From Candidatus Nitrospira inopinata (GTDB lineage Bacteria; Nitrospirota; Nitrospiria; Nitrospirales; Nitrospiraceae): a DNA stretch of 32,000 nt. Of this stretch, positions 7,491 through 13,404 are shown in pieces. The notes below the pieces were generated by a model, which saw only the letters and a list, made by a program, of their open reading frames with translations, was not told where the DNA came from and searched no databases. The DNA is taken from positions 1,560,001 to 1,592,000 of the forward strand of contig NZ_LN885086.1 in NCBI RefSeq assembly GCF_001458695.1. Reading direction: 5' to 3'. Positions within the stretch are counted from its first letter, which is position 1, and every line of letters starts with the position of its first letter. Both the position numbers and the translations under genes were made by a program.

Positions 7491-7531
7491 AAACAAAAAA
7501 CCCCATAGCGCGGGCGCCATGGGGTCTTTTT
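7491..7531 (-). terminator. Intrinsic (potentially bidirectional) terminator after the OFOR operon
   Basis: An 11-bp stem with one mismatch, CCCCATAGCGC-GG-GCGCCATGGGG (7501-7524), is flanked by A6 (7495-7500) and T5 (7527-7531). On the minus strand, hairpin plus T-run follow the ferredoxin-subunit stop (7548) by about 24 nt. Confidence 0.75.
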
Positions 7532-7547
7532 GATCGGTACGGATCGC

Positions 7548-7826
7548 TCAGCCTTGATACGCTTGTCCCAAGGCGGCCGATTCCCCCTTCTTTGCCATCA
7601 GTTGCCCGCTGGCGCTGACGGCCTGCATCACGATGGCATGGTGCTTGGCCGCGTCGCACACCACCACACAGAGTTCACATCCCTTGCAGCGGTCGATATT
7701 GACCTCGGCCACCATCTTGGTGACGTTCAAATCCAAGCAGTTGGCCTCGGGGCAATACATGATGCAGAGGCGGCAGCCCTTCTTGGCCGTGCATTTTTCA
7801 TCGATAACTTGGGCTACGTTGTACAT
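7548..7826 (-). CDS. 2-oxoacid:ferredoxin oxidoreductase, ferredoxin-like (2x[4Fe-4S]) small subunit
   Basis: The 92-aa product has two cluster motifs, 'C..KGCRLCIMYCP' and 'CKGCELCVVVC'. It is the last gene of the OFOR operon. Confidence 0.85.
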   Translation of the reverse strand: MYNVAQVIDEKCTAKKGCRLCIMYCPEANCLDLNVTKMVAEVNIDRCKGCELCVVVCDAAKHHAIVMQAVSASGQLMAKKGESAALGQAYQG

Positions 7827-7848
7827 GCCACGTGTTTCCTTTTATTTA

Positions 7849-8556
7849 TTAGGCCGCGACGGCTGGATTGCCGACTCGCAACTCGACCTTGTTCTTCTCC
7901 GCCCACTCGCTGGCCATCTCATAGGCCCGCTTGACGGTGGCCAAGTTCTTGGCCAGCAACATTTCCTTCTTGGCGAATTTCTTCTTGATCGCTTCGTCCA
8001 GCGAGGCCGTGCCGCCCGACGCGACGAATTTCTTGCCGAACCGCTCTTGCAGCGCGCCGTCAAGGGCTTCCATCGAGACGCACTTGGTGATGCCGGCCAC
8101 CGATCCGATCATGGTCATGTTCGTGGACAACTCGGTCCCGGCGATTTCAATGGCGATTTGAGTTCCAGGAATATAGAAAGTCGCCACGTTTAAGTCTCTC
8201 AACCGTTCCACATCCTCGTCCGACAAGAGCGGCACGTCGGAGTTGATGATGACGACCCCTCCCTCCTTGATTCCGGAATAAAAGGGCATGGTGTAGCTTT
8301 TCCCCATGGTGATGACCTGGGGGTGGAAGACTTCGATGACGTCGGGAAACACCAACTCGCCGCGGTCGTAGATCCGTTCGATTCCGATGCGGCAGTAGCT
8401 CTCCGCCGGCGCCATACGTTTTTCGGCGCCGAAGAACGGATTGGAGATGGAAAATTTACCGTCTCGGTTGGCGGCCATCGCCATGACGTGCGCCGCCGTG
8501 ACGGCACCTTGCCCGCCCAACCCCGACATTCTGATGTTGAGTCGCTTCTTGATCAT
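7849..8556 (-). CDS. 2-oxoacid:ferredoxin oxidoreductase gamma subunit
   Basis: The N-terminus 'IRMSGLGGQGAVTAAHVMA' is typical of the POR/OFOR gamma domain. The gene sits between the beta and ferredoxin-like subunit genes, with 20-22 nt gaps. Confidence 0.85.
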   Translation of the reverse strand: MIKKRLNIRMSGLGGQGAVTAAHVMAMAANRDGKFSISNPFFGAEKRMAPAESYCRIGIERIYDRGELVFPDVIEVFHPQVITMGKSYTMPFYSGIKEGGVVIINSDVPLLSDEDVERLRDLNVATFYIPGTQIAIEIAGTELSTNMTMIGSVAGITKCVSMEALDGALQERFGKKFVASGGTASLDEAIKKKFAKKEMLLAKNLATVKRAYEMASEWAEKNKVELRVGNPAVAA

Positions 8557-8576
8557 CGTGGTCCTCGCCGGTTGAT

Positions 8577-9485
8577 TTAGGCCTGCGCTTGGCCCGCAAG
8601 TTGTTTGGCCGCCGCTTTCCGTTCTTTCTCTTTCGCCGCCAGCTCGGCCAGCAGTTGCTTGGCCGGTTCGCTGATAAATTCTTTATAGGCGAACCGCTCC
8701 GTCGGCTTCTCCGAGTCGCGCATTTCTTGCAACCCTTCCATGCTGTTTTTCCCGATCTCCAGAATGCAGGGGGTGTAGAGTTGCAGATATGTCGGCCCGA
8801 TCTCGCGGGCAACGTGGACGGCGTTGCGAATGACCTTCTCAATCAACGACGGCTTGCTGACCGTGCAGCTCACCACGTAGTGGCAGCCTGATTCTCGGGC
8901 GATCTCGGGCAGCCGCACCTTGTCGAACAGTTTGCCGACCGGCGCCATCTTGGCGACGAATCCCTTTTGCATCAACCCGCTTTCTTGGCCTCCGGTGTTG
9001 GCATAGAGTTCGTTGTCAAAGCAGATGGTCGTGAACTTTTCCTGTCGAAACCAGGCTTGGAGCGTCATGTCCAGGCCGATGTCAACGGTCGCGCCGTCTC
9101 CGGCCAACACCACGACGTCCTTGATCCGTCCGGGAAAGCGGACGCTCAGCGCTCGCTTCAGGCCGGACGCGATGGCGTTCTGGTTGCCGAAGAGGGAATG
9201 GATGTTGTGAACGGCCACCATGGGAAACACGAGACTGGTGCAGCCGGTCGAGCCGACCATCACGGTGTCTTCCGGATTCGGCAACGAGGCCATGATGTAC
9301 CGGAACGCCATGGATTCCGGACAACCGGCGCACAGTGAATGTTGCTCGATCAACTCCTTCGACGTGCCGATGTCCTTCCACCCTCGGTCTTCCTTCCCGT
9401 AAGTGGCGCTCTTGACGAGATCCTGATAATCCGACGGCATGATGTCATACAGGGCTTCTGAGATTTTGATGCGTTCTTTGCTCAT
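8577..9485 (-). CDS. 2-oxoacid:ferredoxin oxidoreductase beta subunit (TPP-binding)
   Basis: The TPP motif 'GDGATVDIGL...x25...NELYANTGGQ' is present, along with Cys ligands 'CAGCPE', 'GCTS' and 'YTPC'. An AAGGAG SD precedes the ATG. Confidence 0.9.
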   Translation of the reverse strand: MSKERIKISEALYDIMPSDYQDLVKSATYGKEDRGWKDIGTSKELIEQHSLCAGCPESMAFRYIMASLPNPEDTVMVGSTGCTSLVFPMVAVHNIHSLFGNQNAIASGLKRALSVRFPGRIKDVVVLAGDGATVDIGLDMTLQAWFRQEKFTTICFDNELYANTGGQESGLMQKGFVAKMAPVGKLFDKVRLPEIARESGCHYVVSCTVSKPSLIEKVIRNAVHVAREIGPTYLQLYTPCILEIGKNSMEGLQEMRDSEKPTERFAYKEFISEPAKQLLAELAAKEKERKAAAKQLAGQAQA

Positions 9486-9579
9486 GGGGCTCCTTCTTTC
9501 TTGCGGAAGACCGGCTTTCGCGATCCAACCGCCATGAGGTCGTTATTCTCTCGCTCTTGCCTCTTTCGCTGCCAACCGC

Positions 9580-10791
9580 TCAGCTTCCACGACCGGCCAG
9601 GGAGAAGGTCTTCATCCCAAGGGCCGTCTTGATTTCCGAGACGATGATCTCCGGCGGCATGGTCATGCCTCCGCAGACGTGCGGGCCGGCATGGACACGA
9701 TGGTGATTGGGGATCGTGGCTCGGATTTCCTTGGCCAACCATCCGGTGACGTTGAACTCCGGCACAAAAATATGTTTGGCGTGTTTGGTGGCCTCCCGGA
9801 TTTCCTCTTCCGGCCAGGGGCGCAAGGTTTTGACCTTGACGAGGCCGCAACGCACCCCTTCGTCTTCCAACATGCGAATCGCTTCACGGCCTTGTGATAC
9901 GGCGGTCCCTGAGGCCACGATCATGATCTCCGCGTCGGTGTTTTCCGCGTCGATGAGACCGTTCAGCCAATGGATCGTGTGTTTGCGGGACCGTTCGACG
10001 GCCGCCCAGACTTCCTGCTGCCAACTGGCGTGCGTGGCGTAACTGATGTAGTTGCTCTTCATGACGAAGGGGTCGCGCATCATACGGACCGGAGGACATT
10101 CCATGTCCATGCAGGGAACCGGCGAGCGATAGGGGTCATAGGGCGGCAGGCACATGTCGGCCGGCGTGAGCTGGACGACGTCTTTGGTGTGCGTCACGAA
10201 GAATCCGTCGCAACAGAGGGCCAGAGGCAGGTGTACGTCCGGTTCTTCGGAGACCATGAAGCCCTTGAGAATCCAATCGAAGAAGTCCTGCGCCGTCTCC
10301 GCGTGCCAGACCAACATACCGGTGTTCAAGAGATACGAAATTTCCAACGTGTCCGGTTGGATCGACAGCGGCGAGTTGATGCCTCGGCAGGTGACGATCA
10401 TCTGAATCGGCAACCGCGCGCCAGCCCACATGGGGAAGTTTTCCATGGCGCGCATGGTGCCGGGACCGGCCGTTGTGGTAAACACGCGCGCCCCGCCGAA
10501 CGACGCGCCGGCGCATTGAGACATGACGGCAAACTCGCTCTCGCCGCGGAAGTAATCGCCCACATAGCCTTCCGCAAACAGTTCTCCGATCAATGCGGCC
10601 GCCTCGGATTGCGGCGTGATCGGATAAGCGATCATGACGTCGCAGCTCGCTCGGCGGATGGCCTCCTTGATGACCTCGGAACCGGTGAAAAACGACGGCG
10701 TCCTCGGCGCTTCATTGAGCATTTTCCACGGGTCGGTATACGTCTGACCCTTCTTGTTTTGTGTTCCTATGAGAGACTTTGTTTCTGCCAT
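9580..10791 (-). CDS. 2-oxoacid:ferredoxin oxidoreductase alpha subunit
   Basis: The sequence is POR/KOR alpha-like ('AYPITPQSE', 'GASFGGARVFTTTAGPG'). I place the start at the ATG at 10791 (MAETKSL...), which is preceded by AAGGAGG at about -8. The upstream ATG at 10827 has no SD. Confidence 0.9.
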   Translation of the reverse strand: MAETKSLIGTQNKKGQTYTDPWKMLNEAPRTPSFFTGSEVIKEAIRRASCDVMIAYPITPQSEAAALIGELFAEGYVGDYFRGESEFAVMSQCAGASFGGARVFTTTAGPGTMRAMENFPMWAGARLPIQMIVTCRGINSPLSIQPDTLEISYLLNTGMLVWHAETAQDFFDWILKGFMVSEEPDVHLPLALCCDGFFVTHTKDVVQLTPADMCLPPYDPYRSPVPCMDMECPPVRMMRDPFVMKSNYISYATHASWQQEVWAAVERSRKHTIHWLNGLIDAENTDAEIMIVASGTAVSQGREAIRMLEDEGVRCGLVKVKTLRPWPEEEIREATKHAKHIFVPEFNVTGWLAKEIRATIPNHHRVHAGPHVCGGMTMPPEIIVSEIKTALGMKTFSLAGRGS

Positions 10792-10839
10792 GGGTCCAGC
10801 CTCCTTTTCACACGGATTAGGGCACACTCTCCCGGCAGT

Positions 10840-11466
10840 TCAATTCTTCGCCGTGCTCATGCGAGGTTGCACGGTTCCCTTCAGCCGCTTGACCGTTTCC
10901 GCGAGTTTCATGATCTTCTCGACAGAAGCGTCCCGGAACGACAGCATCGCGTCTTCATGACCGGCTTGGGCGCACATGGCGATCGTGTAGCAGGAAGTTC
11001 CGCCGCGGATGATTTTCAACGACAAGTTGGCTTGATGACAGTGCACGCCGATGAACATGCAGCAGTCGATCTTGTTGTGCCAAATCGTCAGGTTCGGGTG
11101 GTTCGGATTGATTTCGATTTCGGGATTGATCTTGGGATATTTGGGCCGATAATCCGGCATCGGGATCAGCATCGGTTTTTGACCGGGCTGGACGCATTCT
11201 TTCAACGTCTCGAAGAGATGCCTGATCGCCGTCGCTTTTTTCGCCGCTTTTTCGTTCCACGCCCATAAAACCAAGGGACCGGGAAAAATCGTGGGGACTT
11301 TGGCCATCAAGAATTGCCGTGCCGCCTCCTCGTAGGCCTGATCCTCTGGCACGATGACGCCGTTAATGTGGGCTTCGCCTGGATTCGGTAGCCGAATCCC
11401 CATGCTGGCTGCCGCTGGGGGAAGAAAGTGCTCAGGCCCTGGAAGAACACGGTACGCGCTCATCAC
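10840..11466 (-). CDS. Additional (fifth) OFOR subunit, as in the Hydrogenobacter-type five-subunit enzymes
   Basis: The 208-aa ORF is first in the operon, 48 nt upstream of the alpha gene on the same strand. It has an AGGAG SD and no motifs of the four classical subunits. The call rests on operon position and size, by analogy to five-subunit POR/OGOR. I did not verify homology. Confidence 0.6.
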   Translation of the reverse strand: MMSAYRVLPGPEHFLPPAAASMGIRLPNPGEAHINGVIVPEDQAYEEAARQFLMAKVPTIFPGPLVLWAWNEKAAKKATAIRHLFETLKECVQPGQKPMLIPMPDYRPKYPKINPEIEINPNHPNLTIWHNKIDCCMFIGVHCHQANLSLKIIRGGTSCYTIAMCAQAGHEDAMLSFRDASVEKIMKLAETVKRLKGTVQPRMSTAKN

Positions 11467-11687
11467 TGCCTACACTCCTGAACTTAAGGTTATATGGACT
11501 TTGAACGACGCTCCAACTTCACTGACTCGTCGCACTGTATGCGTTCCTCTCGCCCTTCTGCAACCTTACAGAGGGCCTACCATGACGAGCTTTTGGGCTA
11601 TCGGGCAATCGAGGTTTAGGCCTATGGAACTAATAGTCGAACGTCAGAGCGCTCTCGGGCTCAAAGAACCCGGAAAGCTGCTTCATC

Positions 11688-11717
11688 ATTATAGGTTTCC
11701 GTCTTTCAGGTTGTCAA
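11688..11717 (-). promoter_or_regulatory. Consensus sigma70 promoter of the OFOR operon (TTGACA-N18-TATAAT)
   Basis: The minus strand reads TTGACA (11717-11712), then an 18-nt spacer, then TATAAT (11693-11688). Both hexamers match consensus perfectly. The promoter lies in an AT-richer non-coding stretch about 220 nt upstream of the first OFOR start codon. Confidence 0.6.
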
Positions 11718-11896
11718 ATGACGCCGAGATGGTGTGCGAGGCGGTGTGAGTGAACGTGAGTCGAAGCAGCGCATAGGAATTACCGCGCGCACTGCCGCGC
11801 GACTCCAACCTGACGGAAGAAGCCGCGCAGCTCGCGTTGCGTGACCATGGGAACGAACGTAATGGAAAAGGACGTCGTCCCCCGAGTCTGCGGTTT

Positions 11897-12640
11897 TTAT
11901 AATGAGACAAACACCTCGATGCGGCGGTTTTTTGTCCGTCCCTCCGGCGTGTCGTTCGTGGCGATGGGGTTGCCGTCTCCGCGACCTTCCGCCGAAACAG
12001 CGCCGCTGAAGCCGCCCTTTTGCAAGGCTTCCACCGCGTTTCTGGCTCGAGCGTCCGACAATTCCTTGTTGGATGGAAACTTCTTCTGGAGCGCTCCGCG
12101 AATGGGAGCGGCGTCAGTGTGGCCGATCACCCGTACGTGCCTTTCAGGGAAGTCCTTGAGTACGGAGCCCACGCGCTTCAATGCGTCCTCTCCACCCGTT
12201 TGGAGCCGGTCTTGCCCCGGAGCAAACAGGAAGGCGGAGTTTAAGTTGATCGTGAGCCCGTCATTGGATGGAACGACCGACACCGTGCCTCGTGCGATCT
12301 CGGGTTGGAGGGCAAGGAGCAAATCCTTCTCCACCTTTGCCAAGTTCATCCGGTTTTGAAGGCCGGCTTGGTTCTCGGAGATGCGCGCGATGAGTTGGTT
12401 GGCGGTGGCAAGTTGGTCTTTCAACGATTGAACCTCGGCCTTCAAATCGGCAATCTCGCGTTGCGCGTCCGCGACGCCGTAGGGCGGCGCGGACGGCTCA
12501 CAGGGCCGCTGCCAATAGCCGTACCAGCCGTCGCGACAGACGGCGTTGACCTTGACGAGGGCGGGGTTGAGATCCGCGCAGCCGGACAAAAGGATCAAGC
12601 TCGTCCCGGCCGCGAACAAGTTGATGGTCAGAGACTTCAT
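11897..12640 (-). CDS. OmpA/MotB-domain lipoprotein with a central coiled coil
   Basis: A GGAGGGAG SD precedes the start. There is a signal peptide with lipobox 'LLSGC' and a heptad-like segment 'REIADLKAEVQSLKDQLATANQLIARI'. The C-terminal OmpA-like peptidoglycan-binding domain reads 'VIGHTD...SNKELSDARARNAVEAL...NRRIEVFV'. Confidence 0.85.
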   Translation of the reverse strand: MKSLTINLFAAGTSLILLSGCADLNPALVKVNAVCRDGWYGYWQRPCEPSAPPYGVADAQREIADLKAEVQSLKDQLATANQLIARISENQAGLQNRMNLAKVEKDLLLALQPEIARGTVSVVPSNDGLTINLNSAFLFAPGQDRLQTGGEDALKRVGSVLKDFPERHVRVIGHTDAAPIRGALQKKFPSNKELSDARARNAVEALQKGGFSGAVSAEGRGDGNPIATNDTPEGRTKNRRIEVFVSL

Positions 12641-12834
12641 GGGACTCCCTCCAATTCAAGAACGATGGATCGTGGGGGCTTGGGGTGATGCCCTTGTCCG
12701 CCATGCGTGGTTTCGTATCGCGACGGCGCACTTTTTTGAGGCCCAATTGTAAGAGCACTCAGAGGAGCGGCGCAAGACCCGGTGGGAAGGAGACTTTCGG
12801 ATAAGCCGGAAGCGAAACCGGTTGGGATGTCATG

Positions 12835-12868
12835 TCGCTTGCTCCGCCGGTACCGGCGGAGCAAGCGA
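12835..12868. repeat. Perfect 34-nt palindrome (16-nt arms) in an intergenic region
   Basis: The sequence is TCGCTTGCTCCGCCGG-TA-CCGGCGGAGCAAGCGA. It lies in the 483-nt gap between the DUF4177-like gene and the OmpA-lipoprotein gene. No U-tract follows it on either strand. Confidence 0.9.
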
Positions 12869-13123
12869 TGCCAAAAATAAATCGTAGCAAAAAGACTCCC
12901 GACACCTATTCTTGTTCTTGTCCGAGCGGCCGGTCATGATGGCGTCTGTTATGGCACCTTGCAAGGGGATCGTACTTATAAAGTCGTAATATTAAGATTA
13001 ATCCGTGTTGGGAAGTTCGGCGGATGTGCGGCTCTCGGTTTGGGCTGACGCCGGCCTTCAACGGAGCCGACAGGCTAAGCTGCTTCCCGACTACGTTGCC
13101 CGCATGCCGCATCATCAGCCGGC

Positions 13124-13381
13124 TTATTTCTTAAAGATCAGTCTCGGCTCCGTCATGTCTCCCATCGAGACCGTCACGAGCTCCCAGCCGGCGGCTCCGA
13201 ACTCGTTCAGCTTGGTTTGCATATTTTGGGTATCAGGAAGCACTTCGACGATTTTGTATTGAAACCGTTTCGGCTCCTGGGCCTTTGCCGCAAACGGCTG
13301 TCCCATAAGAAGCAGAATTCCCAACGTGCTGAGGCTGAGGCCCGCGATCACCCATGCTATTGAAATACGTATGTTCAGCAT
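13124..13381 (-). CDS. Small secreted protein, DUF4177-like
   Basis: An AGAGAGG SD precedes the start. The product has an N-terminal signal or TM segment. Its C-terminal segment 'KLNEFGAAGWELVTV' resembles the conserved GWELV core of DUF4177, recalled from memory. The gene lies 23 nt downstream of polA. Confidence 0.6.
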   Translation of the reverse strand: MLNIRISIAWVIAGLSLSTLGILLLMGQPFAAKAQEPKRFQYKIVEVLPDTQNMQTKLNEFGAAGWELVTVSMGDMTEPRLIFKK

Positions 13382-13404
13382 GTCTTGCCTCTCTTTGTTG
13401 TGGT

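Noticed and set aside
9970-11268. 432-aa plus-strand ORF antisense to the OFOR alpha and extra-subunit genes
   Set aside because: It is a shadow ORF opposite well-supported operon genes, with an Arg/His/Gly-rich translation.
11354-11910. Small ORFs in the OFOR leader region (131 aa plus strand, with a possible 55-aa internal version from 11582; 73 aa minus strand)
   Set aside because: They have no family resemblance and weak or absent SDs. Their composition is atypical of the local genes. The region is better explained as promoter plus 5' UTR. A small peptide cannot be fully excluded without expression data.
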